Shown: positions 52,302 to 62,649 of the stretch, piece after piece | Numbering within the stretch: position 1 is the first letter of the stretch | Layout: each line of letters begins with the position of its first letter | NCBI GenBank assembly: GCA_036759345.1 | Contig: DAIOUV010000006.1 | Span: forward strand, 28,438 to 92,437 | Length of the DNA: 64,000 nucleotides | DNA from: Acidobacteriota bacterium | Lineage (GTDB): Bacteria > Acidobacteriota > Thermoanaerobaculia > UBA5066 | Direction: 5' to 3' | The notes under the pieces: generated by a model | Database searches by the model: none | What the model saw: the letters and a program-made list of their open reading frames with translations, nothing else | Told to the model about the DNA's origin: nothing | Position numbers and translations under genes: made by a program

Positions 52302-53351
52302 ATGTCGAGCACCGCCGGACTCCGCGCGCTCATCCTCGCCGGCGGGAGTGGCACGCGGCTGTGGCCGCGCTCGACCGACGGCAGGCCGAAGCCCTTTCTC
52401 GCGCTGACGGGAGGAGAGTCGCTGCTTCGGGAGGCCTGGCGGCGCGCCGCCGACCTCGCCGGAAAAGACAACGTCTTCGTCTCGGGCCGCGCGTCGCACG
52501 AGCCGCTTCTCGTCGCCGAACTTCCGGAAGTTCCGCGCGCGCGCCTCGTCCTCGAGCCCGTGCGCCGCAACACCGCGCCCGCGATCGCCCTTTCGGCGTT
52601 GGCAGCCTCGGAGGAGGCGCCCGACGCCGTTCTCGCCGTGCTGCCGTCCGACCAGGCGGTGCGCGACGAGCCGGCGTTCCTCGCCGCTCTTCACGCGGCG
52701 GCCGCGGCGGCGCGGACGCACGAGGCGTTCGTCACGCTCGGGATCCCTCCGACGCGGGCCGAGACGGGGTTCGGGTACATGGAGGTTGAAGAGGGTGCCG
52801 CGCCCCTCCGCGTCATGCGATTCGTGGAAAAGCCGACGCTTTCGAAGGCCGAAGAGTTCGTCGCGTCCGACCGCTTCCTTTGGAACGCCGGCATCTTCGT
52901 GTTTCGGACCTCGCTCCTCTTCGAAGAACTCTCCCGAACTGCTCCCAAAATCCTCGACGTCGCTCGCCGCGCGCATGCGGCCCGTAAAGCCGGTGATTCT
53001 TCTTCCTTCAAAGAAATCTTCTCTTCTTCCCCGTCCATCTCCATCGACGTCGCCGTGATGGAGAAGGCCAGAAACGTGCTCGCCATCCCGTGCGCCTGCG
53101 GCTGGAGCGACCTCGGCTCGTGGGAGGCCGTCTTCGAGTTCCGGGGTGGAACCTCCGCGGGGAACATCCTCGAAGGTCCGGCCGAAGCGGTGGACGGCTC
53201 CGGCAACCTCGTGCTGGCGCAGGCGCGGCCGGTGCGCGTCGTCGGCCTCTCGGACGTCGTGGTCGTGGAATCGGAGGGCGGCCTCCTCGTCATGCGCCGG
53301 GGCGCGTCCGACGCCCTCCGGCGGAGCGTGGAAGAGGGGCTCGAGAGATGA
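52302..53351 (+). CDS. mannose-1-phosphate guanylyltransferase-like nucleotidyltransferase
   Basis: LILAGGSGTRLWP…KPF N-terminal nucleotidyl-transferase signature. 349 aa. Confidence 0.8.
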   Translation: MSSTAGLRALILAGGSGTRLWPRSTDGRPKPFLALTGGESLLREAWRRAADLAGKDNVFVSGRASHEPLLVAELPEVPRARLVLEPVRRNTAPAIALSALAASEEAPDAVLAVLPSDQAVRDEPAFLAALHAAAAAARTHEAFVTLGIPPTRAETGFGYMEVEEGAAPLRVMRFVEKPTLSKAEEFVASDRFLWNAGIFVFRTSLLFEELSRTAPKILDVARRAHAARKAGDSSSFKEIFSSSPSISIDVAVMEKARNVLAIPCACGWSDLGSWEAVFEFRGGTSAGNILEGPAEAVDGSGNLVLAQARPVRVVGLSDVVVVESEGGLLVMRRGASDALRRSVEEGLER

Positions 53352-54304
53352 TCGTGGCCGCCCCCATTCTCGCGTCCCTCTCACGGCTCGTGGCGACCGT
53401 GCGGACCGCTTACCGCGGGCCCGCGGCCGCCGTCGAGGACGCGGTCGTGTGCCTCCTCGCGCGCGGCCACCTCCTCATCGAGGACGTGCCGGGAGTAGGC
53501 AAGACGACGCTCGCCTCCGCGCTCGGAAAGGCGCTCGGCGTCGGCGTGCACCGCATCCAGTTCACGCCGGACACGCTTCCGTCCGACATCCTCGGCCTCA
53601 CGGTCTTCAACGTGCGGACGCAGGAGTTCGAGTTTCACCCGGGCCCCGTGTTCACACCCGTGCTCCTCGCCGACGAGATCAACCGGGCGACCCCGAAGAC
53701 GCAGGCGGCGCTCCTGCAGGCGATGAACGAGCGCGCCGTCTCCTCCGACGGCGTCACGCGGCCGCTGCCCGAGCCGTTCCTCGTCCTCGCGACGCAGAAC
53801 CCGGTGGAGTACCTCGGCACCTACCCGCTCCCCGAGTCGCAGCTCGACCGCTTCCTCATGCGCATCTCACTGGGGTATCCCTCGATGGAGGAGGAGCGGC
53901 GGCTTCTCGTGTCGGGCGGTGCGGACCGCATCCTCGCGACGCTCGCGCCCGCGCTCTCGCTCGAGGAGCTGGGGGCGGCCCAGGCCGCTACCGAGCGCGT
54001 CACCGTGGCCGACAAGCTCATGGACTACGTGCTCGCGATCGTGGGGCGTACGCGGAGCGGCAAGGACCTCCTCCTCGGCGTCTCGCCGCGGGGCGCGCAG
54101 GGGTTTTTCCGCGCGGTGCAGGCGCGCGCTCTCATCTCGGGCCGGCCCTATGCGACTCCCGACGACGTCAAGCGCGTCGCCGTCGCGACGCTCGCCCACC
54201 GCGTCCTCGCCTCGCAGCCGGGCGCCTGGGACGGCGGGGGAAGCGGCCGGCGCGAGCGCGACGCGGTCCAGCGCATTCTCGACGAGACGCCCGTTCCCCT
54301 CTGA
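53348..54304 (+). CDS. MoxR-family AAA+ ATPase
   Basis: GHLLIEDVPGVGKTTLA Walker A. LADEINRATPKTQAALLQAM. ATGA overlap with the upstream gene. Confidence 0.9.
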   Translation: MIVAAPILASLSRLVATVRTAYRGPAAAVEDAVVCLLARGHLLIEDVPGVGKTTLASALGKALGVGVHRIQFTPDTLPSDILGLTVFNVRTQEFEFHPGPVFTPVLLADEINRATPKTQAALLQAMNERAVSSDGVTRPLPEPFLVLATQNPVEYLGTYPLPESQLDRFLMRISLGYPSMEEERRLLVSGGADRILATLAPALSLEELGAAQAATERVTVADKLMDYVLAIVGRTRSGKDLLLGVSPRGAQGFFRAVQARALISGRPYATPDDVKRVAVATLAHRVLASQPGAWDGGGSGRRERDAVQRILDETPVPL

Positions 54305-54308
54305 ACCC

Positions 54309-55331
54309 GTGGCTTTCCGCGCGCGTTTCCAGAAGCTCCTCCATCCCGGAATCCTGGTCCGGGTCACGAATGTCGGGCTCGGCTTCATCCTGATGACGCT
54401 CGTCGTCGCCGTCGCCGCGACGAACACGGGAAACAACGGCCTCTACATCCTCGTGTCGCTCTTCCTCGGCGCGCTCGTCGTCTCGGGAGTCGTCTCGCGT
54501 CGGAACGTGGAGAACGTCGCGGTCGAGCTGGACGGTCCCGCGGAAATCTTCGCCGGCGTGCCGGTGCGGTTCACGCTCCGGCTCACGAATCGGGGTCGGC
54601 TGCCGCGCCGCGCCCTTCTCGTGAAGATCTCGAGCGCGGCCGCCCCGATTCTCTTCGGCCGCCTCGATCCGGGACGGCCCGCCGAACGCGGCGTCGACCT
54701 CGTCTTCCCGAGACGCGGTCGGAGATCCATCGAGTCGCTCCTTCTCTACAGCGGTTATCCGATCGGCCTCTTTCGGAAGGGACGGGTGCATCCGCTCGAA
54801 GACGAGCGCCTCGTCTACCCGTCCCCGGCGAACGTGCCGTACGTCCCCCCCGACCCCCGGGAAGCCGAGGGCGGCGATCCGCGCGACCGGCGACGGGGGC
54901 GCGGCGCCGAGATCCGCAACCTGCGCGAGGCGGGCTTCGGCGACGATCCGCGAGACGTCCACTGGCCCCAGACGGCGCGCCAGGGCAAGTTCATCGTGAA
55001 GGAGCGCGCCTCCGAGGAAGGCCGCGACGCGCTCGTGGCGCTCGACACGCATCGCCCGGCGGGCGCCGGCACGGCCTGGGACGATGCCTTCGAGAAATCG
55101 GTGTCCGAGGCTGCGGGTCTCGCACTGCGGCTCCTCACCCGCGGAAGCCGGGTGGGGCTGCTGCTCGGAGGCTCCCTCATGCCGCCGGGCTCCGGCCCGG
55201 CGCATCGCCGCGGCCTTCTGCGCGCGCTCGCGCTCGTCGAGCCGGCAAAGGAGCCCGGGCGGGCGCCCCCCTTCGTCCCGGGATCGGTCGCCGTTTACCG
55301 GGCGGGCCACGGGCCGGAGCGCGCCGCATGA
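54309..55331 (+). CDS. DUF58 (MoxR-associated, vWA-like) protein
   Basis: GTG start. ATNTGNNGLYIL motif. DVHWPQTARQGKFIVKE. Confidence 0.8.
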   Translation: MAFRARFQKLLHPGILVRVTNVGLGFILMTLVVAVAATNTGNNGLYILVSLFLGALVVSGVVSRRNVENVAVELDGPAEIFAGVPVRFTLRLTNRGRLPRRALLVKISSAAAPILFGRLDPGRPAERGVDLVFPRRGRRSIESLLLYSGYPIGLFRKGRVHPLEDERLVYPSPANVPYVPPDPREAEGGDPRDRRRGRGAEIRNLREAGFGDDPRDVHWPQTARQGKFIVKERASEEGRDALVALDTHRPAGAGTAWDDAFEKSVSEAAGLALRLLTRGSRVGLLLGGSLMPPGSGPAHRRGLLRALALVEPAKEPGRAPPFVPGSVAVYRAGHGPERAA

Positions 55332-57451
55332 ACGCGGGCCCCGCGACTGCCACCGCCGAAATCCCGTTCCTCAAGGAGCGCCTCCTCGCGCTCGGAAGCC
55401 TCGCGTTTCTCGCCCCGATGCCGCTCTTCTTCAGCAATGCCCTCGAGCTCGCCGTTCTGCTCGTCTACCTCGGCGTGCTCGCGCTGTTTCTGGCGCGCGT
55501 GCGCCGGGGGAGCGTGCCGCGCCTCGGGAATCGCGCGCTGAATCTCGCCGGGCTTCTCTACGTTCCGATCATCGTCCTCGACGTGCGTTTCGGGAGCCAG
55601 ACGCTCCTGAAGACGATGCTCCATCTCCTCCTCTTCACGACGCTCTTCAAGCTCGCCGCGATTCGCAAGGAGCGCGACCTCTCGCTCGCGCTGGCCTTGT
55701 CGGGCCTGCTGTTCGTCGCGTCCGTCTCGACGTCGTTTCATTACGCGATCCTTCTCTACGTGCTGCTCGTGGCCTTCGTCGGCTGGAGCGTGCTCGTGAA
55801 GTGGGCCCTCTGGCGCGACCTCTCCGGGGCTCCCGAGGAATGGAGCCGCGACCGCACGGCGCGCTCTCTTCCGGGTCGCGGTCCGCTCGTCAGCTCGGTG
55901 CTGTCCACGGTCCTCGTCGCCATCCCGCTCTTCCTGTTCCTCCCGCGCCTCAAGGCGCCCTACGTGAGGGGCGCCGAAGCGGGGCACGAGATCACGACGG
56001 GTTTCTCGGAGAACGTGGATCCGGACCTGTTCGGCGCGCTCAAGCAGAGCGACCGCGTCTTCCTCCGGATCACGAGCGAGGAGGCGCTCGGCGAGGGCGG
56101 GGCGGCGGTCCTGAGGCTTCGGACGCTCGCCCTCTCGCGGTGGGAGAACGGGGTGTGGAAGAAGCCTTCGGAGCGTTCCGCCGCCGGCGCCCGTTCCGGC
56201 TTCTCGACGCTCGTCCCCCTCGTGCCGCGCGGCCGTGGCGCGGGAGGAGGCACGGCGATGACGATCGACCTCACCCCGATCCAGACGCGCTACCTGCCCT
56301 ATCCGCTTCTCGGCAACGCGCTGCGTCTCTCCGAGGCCTCGTTTCGTAACCCCGGGCTCGCATACGTCGAGCGCGATGCGGCCCGCAACCTCCGCCTGCC
56401 GTTCGAACCGGACCGGACGATCCAGTACACGGTGACTTACGGGACGCGCCCGATCGCGGACCTCGAGCCCGGCGACGTGGCCGAAGCCCGAAAGCCAGCC
56501 GGGTTGCTCGCGCTGCGCTCCTTCGCCCTCGGCCAGCTCGACGGAATCGATCCAGCGGCGGACCCCGAGAGGGCCGCGCACGCGATCGAGTCCGTGCTCC
56601 GGGGCTGGACATACGAGCTGGATCTCCAGCCGCGCGGCCCGAATGCCGTCGAGGACTTCGTCGTGAACCGGCGGAAGGGGCACTGCCAGACATTCGCCAC
56701 GGCGATGGCGCTGCTCCTGCGGGAAGTGGGCGTCCCGACGCGCTTCGTGACCGGCTTCCTCGGCGGCGAGATCGGTGCGTTCGGGCGATACGTCCTCGTC
56801 CGCGGGCAGAACGTCCACGCCTGGGTCGAAGTGTGGTGCGGTGAGACCCGGGGTTGGGTCACCTTCGACCCGACGCCTCAGGTCGGGCAGCCGGGACTCG
56901 AAAGAGTCCCGCTCGCGCAACGCTTCCGCCAGGTGACCGACGGGCTCGAGTTTTTCTACGACCGCTTTGTTCTCTCGTTCAGTCAGGGAGATCAGGCCGA
57001 GCTTCTCCGAAAGCTGCGGGAGGCGGCGGGCGGCGCCCTTTCCGCGCTGCGCCGCGTAGGCGGAAGCGTGAGTCCTTTACTGCGCCGCCTGCCGGCGGCC
57101 GCACTGGTGGCGGCCGCACTCCTCTTGGCCTTCCTGGTGCTTCTCGGGCGCCGCCTGCTCGGCGTTTCGTGGAAAACGCGAGGCCTCGCACCCGCGTCGG
57201 CGGCCTACCGCCGCCTCCAGAAGGCGCTCCACCGGCTCGGCGCGCCGCTCACGCCCGCGTCCGTTCCCGCCGAGACCCTCGCCGCCGCCGCCGCGCTCGG
57301 TCCGGCCGCGGCGCGGCCCGCCGAAGCCATCGTGCGCGCTTACGTCCGTGAGTCCTTCGGAGGTCTCGCCCCTGCGCCTGGAGAGGAAGGCCGGTTGCGG
57401 GCGCTGCTCGACGAGTTTCGCGATGCGGCCGGCCGGCTGCCGACGCAATGA
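55328..57451 (+). CDS. transglutaminase-like membrane protein (TgpA-like: DUF3488 N-terminal TM domain + transglutaminase core)
   Basis: N-terminal 6-7 TM region. Core GHCQTFATAMALLLRE…HAWVEVW (Cys-His catalytic pair). Completes the MoxR-DUF58-TgpA triad. Confidence 0.8.
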   Translation: MNAGPATATAEIPFLKERLLALGSLAFLAPMPLFFSNALELAVLLVYLGVLALFLARVRRGSVPRLGNRALNLAGLLYVPIIVLDVRFGSQTLLKTMLHLLLFTTLFKLAAIRKERDLSLALALSGLLFVASVSTSFHYAILLYVLLVAFVGWSVLVKWALWRDLSGAPEEWSRDRTARSLPGRGPLVSSVLSTVLVAIPLFLFLPRLKAPYVRGAEAGHEITTGFSENVDPDLFGALKQSDRVFLRITSEEALGEGGAAVLRLRTLALSRWENGVWKKPSERSAAGARSGFSTLVPLVPRGRGAGGGTAMTIDLTPIQTRYLPYPLLGNALRLSEASFRNPGLAYVERDAARNLRLPFEPDRTIQYTVTYGTRPIADLEPGDVAEARKPAGLLALRSFALGQLDGIDPAADPERAAHAIESVLRGWTYELDLQPRGPNAVEDFVVNRRKGHCQTFATAMALLLREVGVPTRFVTGFLGGEIGAFGRYVLVRGQNVHAWVEVWCGETRGWVTFDPTPQVGQPGLERVPLAQRFRQVTDGLEFFYDRFVLSFSQGDQAELLRKLREAAGGALSALRRVGGSVSPLLRRLPAAALVAAALLLAFLVLLGRRLLGVSWKTRGLAPASAAYRRLQKALHRLGAPLTPASVPAETLAAAAALGPAAARPAEAIVRAYVRESFGGLAPAPGEEGRLRALLDEFRDAAGRLPTQ

Positions 57452-57514
57452 TTCATGTTGGGGATATCCTTTCGCGGGTGCTCAAGCTCTGCTTGGCGCA
57501 CCTGGAGGTAAGGA

Positions 57515-57862
57515 ATGAAGAAGACGACAATAGCAGTTTCTGTTCTCGTTGCGGTCTGTGCCGGCACGACGTTGCTCGCCAATCTCGACAACCAGAAGGC
57601 GTTCGTGGCGAAGTATCCTGACGCCAAGGCCTCTCTGGGCAAGTGCTCGACGTGTCACATGAAGCCTCTTCCGAAGAAGGAAGACCACGAGATGAACCCG
57701 TACGGGAAGGACGTCCAGACGAAGGCCGTCGTCGACCCGAAGGCCGAGAAGAAGACCTACAAGTTCGAGAAAATCGAGAGTCTCGACAGCGATGGCGACG
57801 GCGTGAAGAACATCGACGAGATCAAGGCCGGCACGAACCCCGGCGACCCGAAGTCCAAGTAA
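57515..57862 (+). CDS. small secreted monoheme cytochrome c
   Basis: Signal peptide and a single CSTCH heme-binding motif. Lower-GC region. GGAGG SD. Confidence 0.6.
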   Translation: MKKTTIAVSVLVAVCAGTTLLANLDNQKAFVAKYPDAKASLGKCSTCHMKPLPKKEDHEMNPYGKDVQTKAVVDPKAEKKTYKFEKIESLDSDGDGVKNIDEIKAGTNPGDPKSK

Positions 57863-57865
57863 GCC

Positions 57866-58330
57866 TTGGAACGCGAAGGCCCGGCGCCAATCACGCGGCG
57901 ACGGTGGATCGACATCCTCCTCGGCACCAGCTTCACGGCCTGGGCAGCGGCCGTGGTCTATCCGGTCCTCCGGTACCTCACCCCGGCCCGGGACGGTGGC
58001 GGCTCGAACAAGGCCACGCTCACCGACGCGCAGAAGCAGGAGCTCGCGAGCAACGGGTTCCTGATCGCCCGCGTCGGCACAGACCGCGTCCTGCTTCTGA
58101 AAGACAAGGAGCAGAAGCTGAAAGCGCTTTCGGCCAAGTGCACGCATGAGGGCTGCACCGTGCAGTTCGTCCCGGCCGACGGGATCATCTGGTGCGCCTG
58201 CCACAACGGGAAGTTCTCGCTCGACGGCCGCGTGATCTCGGGCCCGCCGCCCCGGCCCCTCATGGCGTTCACGGTGGAGGGAGACCTCAAGGGAGTCGTG
58301 AACGTGATCAAGCCGGGAGGCATGGCATGA
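57866..58330 (+). CDS. Rieske [2Fe-2S] iron-sulfur protein (TAT signal)
   Basis: RRRWIDILLG twin-arginine motif. CTHEGC…CACHNGKF Rieske boxes. Confidence 0.85.
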   Translation: MEREGPAPITRRRWIDILLGTSFTAWAAAVVYPVLRYLTPARDGGGSNKATLTDAQKQELASNGFLIARVGTDRVLLLKDKEQKLKALSAKCTHEGCTVQFVPADGIIWCACHNGKFSLDGRVISGPPPRPLMAFTVEGDLKGVVNVIKPGGMA

Positions 58331-61300
58331 GCGACGCGCGCGATTCGGCGCCGGTCCCGTCCGGTGTCGGGGCCAGGATTTTTCGGATGCTCGACGAGAG
58401 GTTCCAGATTTCGGGCCTCGTCACGTTCCTGGGACACAAGGAAGTGCCTGTCGGCGCCCATTCGCCGATCTGGTACTACCTTGGCGGCGTCTCGCTTTTC
58501 TTCTTCGTCGTTCAGATCGGGACCGGAATTCTCCTCCTGATGAACTACCAGGTCGGCGAGAACACGTCGTACGAGAGCATGAAGCATCTCGTGGGTCGCG
58601 TCCCGTTCGGCTGGCTCATCCGATCGATTCACTGCTGGTCCGCTCATCTCATGAGCCTCTCGGTGATGGCCCATCTTTTCAGCGTCCTGTTCCTGAAGGC
58701 CTACCGCAAGCCACGCGAGCTGACCTGGTATTCAGGCTTCGCGATGCTCGGTCTCGTCCTCGGCTTTGGATTCTCCGGCTACCTCCTCCCGTGGAACGAG
58801 CTGAGCTATTTCGCGACGGCCGTCGGGACCGACTCCGTGAAGTCCGTCCCCATCGTGGGTCCATGGATGCTGCGCGTGCTCCGGGGCGGTGAAGAGGTAT
58901 CGGTCCAGACGCTGTACCGGTTTTTCGCGCTCCACGTCTGCATCCTTCCGTTGATCATGGCGGGCCTCATCGGGGCACACCTGCTCTTCATTCAGCGGCA
59001 GGGGATGGCCGAGCCCCTCGAACACAGGCCATCGCCCGAGCCGAAGACGCGGCACCGCGGCATGCCCTTCTTCCCTAACTTCGCGATGCGGGACCTGCTC
59101 TTCTGGGTGATCTGCCTGAACATCCTCGCGCTCCTCGCGGTCGCGCTTCCATTCGGTCCCGGGATCCCGGGCATGGAATGGGAGCTCGGGGCGAAGGCGG
59201 ACCCGCTCAAGCCCGCATATCCGGGCATCAAGCCCGAGTGGTACTTCCTCTCGGTGTACCAGATGCTTCGGGAGTTCCCGGCGCACCTCTTCGGCATGGA
59301 GGGGCCGCAGGCTTGCCTGCTTCTCGCGAGCATCCTGGGCGCGATCGCGTTCGCGATCCCCCTTCTCGACCGGAACGCCGCAAAAGGCAAGCCGAGCCCG
59401 CTCTTCACGGACCTTGGCGTCGCCGGGCTTCTTTTCCTCGGGCTTCTGACCCTCAAGGCGTGGGACGTCGGGGTCCATGCGCCGCCCGGGCAGGATCCGG
59501 CGGGCAACCCCGCGATGGCCGCGACGATCGCGCGGACCGCGGCTCTGTGGATTCTCGGGATCGGGCTCGCCGTGACGGCGCTCCGGCGCCTTCGGTGGGG
59601 GCACTCGGCCTTCTCTTTCACCGCGGCCGTCCTCCTGCAAGCGGCGTTGAACGGATTCGCGCATCTGAGCTGGCTCGCGAGCGGCGGAGTCGCCCTTGCC
59701 GTTCTCGCCGTCCTGCTTCTCGCCGGGCGGGTTCGCGGCGGCGCGTCCGCCGCGGGTCTCATGCTTCCCCTCCTTCTCGCGCTCGCCGCGCCCTCCCCGG
59801 CGCGCGCGCAAGAGAAGGCGGAAGAGAAGGGGGAAGCGAAGGAGGCCGCGCCCGCACCGGCAACCGCGTCCGTGCCGGGGCAGGTCGTCGAGGAAGCCTG
59901 GCCTGCGGATTTTCAGAAGCTCTTCACGGAAGTGGACAAGAAGACGGGCCCCGTCCTGAACGAGAAGGCGAAGGCCCGGTTCCGGAGTCTGCCCAGCCAC
60001 GCGCAGAATCTGTTCTTCGTGGCGGCGAAGGCGGGCACGCTCTCTTCCTCGGCGCACCTCGCGACGCTTCTCGCGCTGGACATCGACGACCGCAAGGTCG
60101 AGCTGATCCTCGGGGACAACTGCGTCCTCTGCCACTCGAACCCGGATATGCCGGACGAGATTCTCTTCAAGCCTCGGGGGAAAGGCGACCCGAACGCGCA
60201 CCTGGACCTCAACGAGATCGTCAGCGACGTCCACTTCCGCGGTGGGCTGATGTGCTCCGGCTGCCATGGCGGCAAACCGACCGACGCCGAAATGTCGGCG
60301 GATATCGCGAAGCGCTGGCCCGAGAGCGAGAAGCGCAAGAAAGATCGCTCGTGGATTCCGGAGTTCTGCGCTCGCTGCCACTCCTCGAGCGAATTCATGC
60401 GGGGGTATAACCCGTCGCTGCCCGTGGACCAGCTGCTCAAGTACCGGACGAGCAAGCACGGGCAGCTTCTCCTGGAAAAGAAGGACTCGAAGGCCGCGCA
60501 GTGCGTCAGCTGCCACGGCGTGCATGGGATCCGCCCGCCCGACAGCACGAACTCCCTCGTCTACCGCGAGAACATTCCCGCGACGTGCGGCAAGTGTCAC
60601 GCGGACGCGGCCTATATGAAGGGCTACACGCTCGACGACGGCGTAACGCCGATCCCGACGAACCAGCTCGAGCAGTACAAGAAGAGCGTGCACGGCCTCG
60701 CGCTCCTCGGGAAGCACGACTCCGGCGCTCCGGCCTGCAACGGCTGCCATGGCAACCACGCGGCCCTCCCGCCTCAGGTGTCGTTCGTCTCGCAGGTGTG
60801 CCGGAACTGCCACGCGGCGAACGGCAGCCTCTTCGATGGCAGCCCGCACAAGAAGGCGTTCGAGTCGCACGGCTGGCCCGAATGCGAGACGTGCCACGGC
60901 AAGCACGACATCGTGCGTCCCACGGACGAGATGCTGAAGGACGACCCGAAGGCGCTCTGCCACGCCTGCCACGCGAAGTACGGTCAGCCGAAATGCGACG
61001 AGGCCGCGCGCTACTTCCACAGGACGATTACGACCCTCCGCGAGTCGCACGAAGCCCTGACCAAGGACGTCGACCGGCTCGCTGAGCGCGGCTTCGACGT
61101 CGACGAGCTGCGTTTCCAGGCGAGCGCGGTGTCCGACGACCTGCGCAAGACGCGTCTCGGGATACACACCTTCGACTGGAGCGACTTCACGCGCAACTCG
61201 GAGGAGACGTCGAAGGCGCTCGCGGGCCTCCAGGAAGGCTCCAAGGCCGTCTGGGCCGAGTACCGCTTCCGGCGGAACGGCCTCATCCTGGCGAGCGGAC

Positions 61301-61368
61301 TCATCTCGCTGTTCGCGGTCCTGCTCTACCTGAAGATCAAGCAGATCGATCGCGAGCCGCGAAAATAG
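58327..61368 (+). CDS. cytochrome b (bc-complex type) fused to C-terminal nine-heme cytochrome c domain
   Basis: N-terminal cytochrome b with heme-ligating His and PEWYFL motif (~420 aa). Extra TM helices, then nine CxxCH motifs (CVLCH, CSGCH, CARCH, CVSCH, CGKCH, CNGCH, CRNCH, CETCH, CHACH) and a C-terminal TM anchor. ATGA overlap with the Rieske gene. Confidence 0.85.
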   Translation: MSDARDSAPVPSGVGARIFRMLDERFQISGLVTFLGHKEVPVGAHSPIWYYLGGVSLFFFVVQIGTGILLLMNYQVGENTSYESMKHLVGRVPFGWLIRSIHCWSAHLMSLSVMAHLFSVLFLKAYRKPRELTWYSGFAMLGLVLGFGFSGYLLPWNELSYFATAVGTDSVKSVPIVGPWMLRVLRGGEEVSVQTLYRFFALHVCILPLIMAGLIGAHLLFIQRQGMAEPLEHRPSPEPKTRHRGMPFFPNFAMRDLLFWVICLNILALLAVALPFGPGIPGMEWELGAKADPLKPAYPGIKPEWYFLSVYQMLREFPAHLFGMEGPQACLLLASILGAIAFAIPLLDRNAAKGKPSPLFTDLGVAGLLFLGLLTLKAWDVGVHAPPGQDPAGNPAMAATIARTAALWILGIGLAVTALRRLRWGHSAFSFTAAVLLQAALNGFAHLSWLASGGVALAVLAVLLLAGRVRGGASAAGLMLPLLLALAAPSPARAQEKAEEKGEAKEAAPAPATASVPGQVVEEAWPADFQKLFTEVDKKTGPVLNEKAKARFRSLPSHAQNLFFVAAKAGTLSSSAHLATLLALDIDDRKVELILGDNCVLCHSNPDMPDEILFKPRGKGDPNAHLDLNEIVSDVHFRGGLMCSGCHGGKPTDAEMSADIAKRWPESEKRKKDRSWIPEFCARCHSSSEFMRGYNPSLPVDQLLKYRTSKHGQLLLEKKDSKAAQCVSCHGVHGIRPPDSTNSLVYRENIPATCGKCHADAAYMKGYTLDDGVTPIPTNQLEQYKKSVHGLALLGKHDSGAPACNGCHGNHAALPPQVSFVSQVCRNCHAANGSLFDGSPHKKAFESHGWPECETCHGKHDIVRPTDEMLKDDPKALCHACHAKYGQPKCDEAARYFHRTITTLRESHEALTKDVDRLAERGFDVDELRFQASAVSDDLRKTRLGIHTFDWSDFTRNSEETSKALAGLQEGSKAVWAEYRFRRNGLILASGLISLFAVLLYLKIKQIDREPRK

Positions 61369-61419
61369 GGCGTCTGAATCATTGGCAGACGGCCGCCATG
61401 GGCCCATCGTTTCCCGATC

Positions 61420-61890
61420 ATGAATCGGTTCCTGAAGGACAAGGAGCATCTGTTCCGCATGGCGGCGCTCTTCGCGGCGGGCGTCGTCCTCTTCTTGATC
61501 GTGCGGGCCGTGCTTGTTCCGAAGGGGTTCGGCGTGTACGGGCACTACCGCGCCGGCGCCCTCGAGGACAACCGCGTGCGCGCACCGCGCTTCGCGGGCC
61601 GGCCCGCCTGCATCGAGTGCCACACGGACGAAGGCGACCGCCTGAAGGGCGGCAAGCACGCCGGAGTCGGCTGCGAGGCCTGCCACGGCGCGCTCGCGAA
61701 GCACGCGGCGGACCCGTCGTCCCTCAAGCCGACGAAGCCAGACTCGAAGACGCTCTGCCAGACGTGCCACCTGATGAACGTCGCCAAGCCGGCGAAGTTC
61801 CCCCAGATCGACCCGAAGAGCCACATGGACGGTGGGCCCTGCCTGACGTGTCACGACCAGCACGCCCCCGACAAGGAGCCGAAGAAATGA
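61420..61890 (+). CDS. membrane-anchored tetraheme cytochrome c (NapC/NrfH-like size class)
   Basis: N-terminal TM helix. Four CxxCH motifs (CIECH, CEACH, CQTCH, CLTCH). Confidence 0.8.
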   Translation: MNRFLKDKEHLFRMAALFAAGVVLFLIVRAVLVPKGFGVYGHYRAGALEDNRVRAPRFAGRPACIECHTDEGDRLKGGKHAGVGCEACHGALAKHAADPSSLKPTKPDSKTLCQTCHLMNVAKPAKFPQIDPKSHMDGGPCLTCHDQHAPDKEPKK

Positions 61891-62645
61891 ATTCCGACCG
61901 CCGCGACTTCGTGCTCACGGCCGGAAAGCTCCTCGTGCTGACCGCGCCGGCGGCCGCCTACCTCGAGGCCATGGAGACCGGTAAGGCGGAAGAGCCCGCC
62001 TACAAGACCTTCGAGCACTACTGGGGAATGATCGTCGACATCGAGAAGTGCATCGGGTGTGGCAATTGCGTGAGGGCCTGCAAGGTCGAGAACGACGTGC
62101 CCCTCGAGCCGTACTTCTTCCGCACATGGGTGGAGCGCTACCACGTCGAAGGCGCCGGGGAGCATCCCGACGTCGACTCGCCCGACGGCGGCTACAATGG
62201 TTTTCCCGAGAAGTACGCGGCCGGCGACGGCGCCAAGAGCTTCTTCGTTCCGAAGCTCTGCAATCAGTGCGCGCACTCACCTTGCACACAAGTGTGCCCC
62301 GTGGGCGCCACATTCGAGAGCCCCGACGGCGCCGTCCTCGTCGACAAGACTTACTGCCTCGGCTGCCGATACTGCGTGCAGGCCTGCCCGTACGGGTGCC
62401 GGTTCATCGACCCGCGCACGAACACGGTCGACAAGTGCAACCTCTGCTACCACCGGATCACGAAGGGCCTCACGACGGCGTGCTGCGAGAGCTGCCCGAC
62501 GGGCGCGCGCCAGCTCGTCGATCTCAAGGACGCGAGGGATCCGGTCCACGAGTTCCTCCGAACGCACAAGGTGCATGTCCTCAAGCCTCAGATGGCCACG
62601 GGCTCGAAGGTCTTCTACAACGCCCTCGACGGGTCCGTGAGGTAG
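61887..62645 (+). CDS. TAT-exported 4Fe-4S ferredoxin-type subunit (NrfC/PsrB/ActB-C-domain-like)
   Basis: RRDFVLTAG TAT motif. Four Cys clusters (CIGCGNCVRAC, CNQCAHSPCTQVCP, CLGCRYCVQACP, CNLC…C). ATGA overlap with the upstream gene. Confidence 0.85.
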   Translation: MNSDRRDFVLTAGKLLVLTAPAAAYLEAMETGKAEEPAYKTFEHYWGMIVDIEKCIGCGNCVRACKVENDVPLEPYFFRTWVERYHVEGAGEHPDVDSPDGGYNGFPEKYAAGDGAKSFFVPKLCNQCAHSPCTQVCPVGATFESPDGAVLVDKTYCLGCRYCVQACPYGCRFIDPRTNTVDKCNLCYHRITKGLTTACCESCPTGARQLVDLKDARDPVHEFLRTHKVHVLKPQMATGSKVFYNALDGSVR

Positions 62646-62649
62646 GGAA

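Noticed and set aside
58732-61863. 1043-aa ORF on the minus strand
   Set aside because: Antisense to the cytochrome b-multiheme gene, which has dense, unambiguous CxxCH and cyt b motifs.
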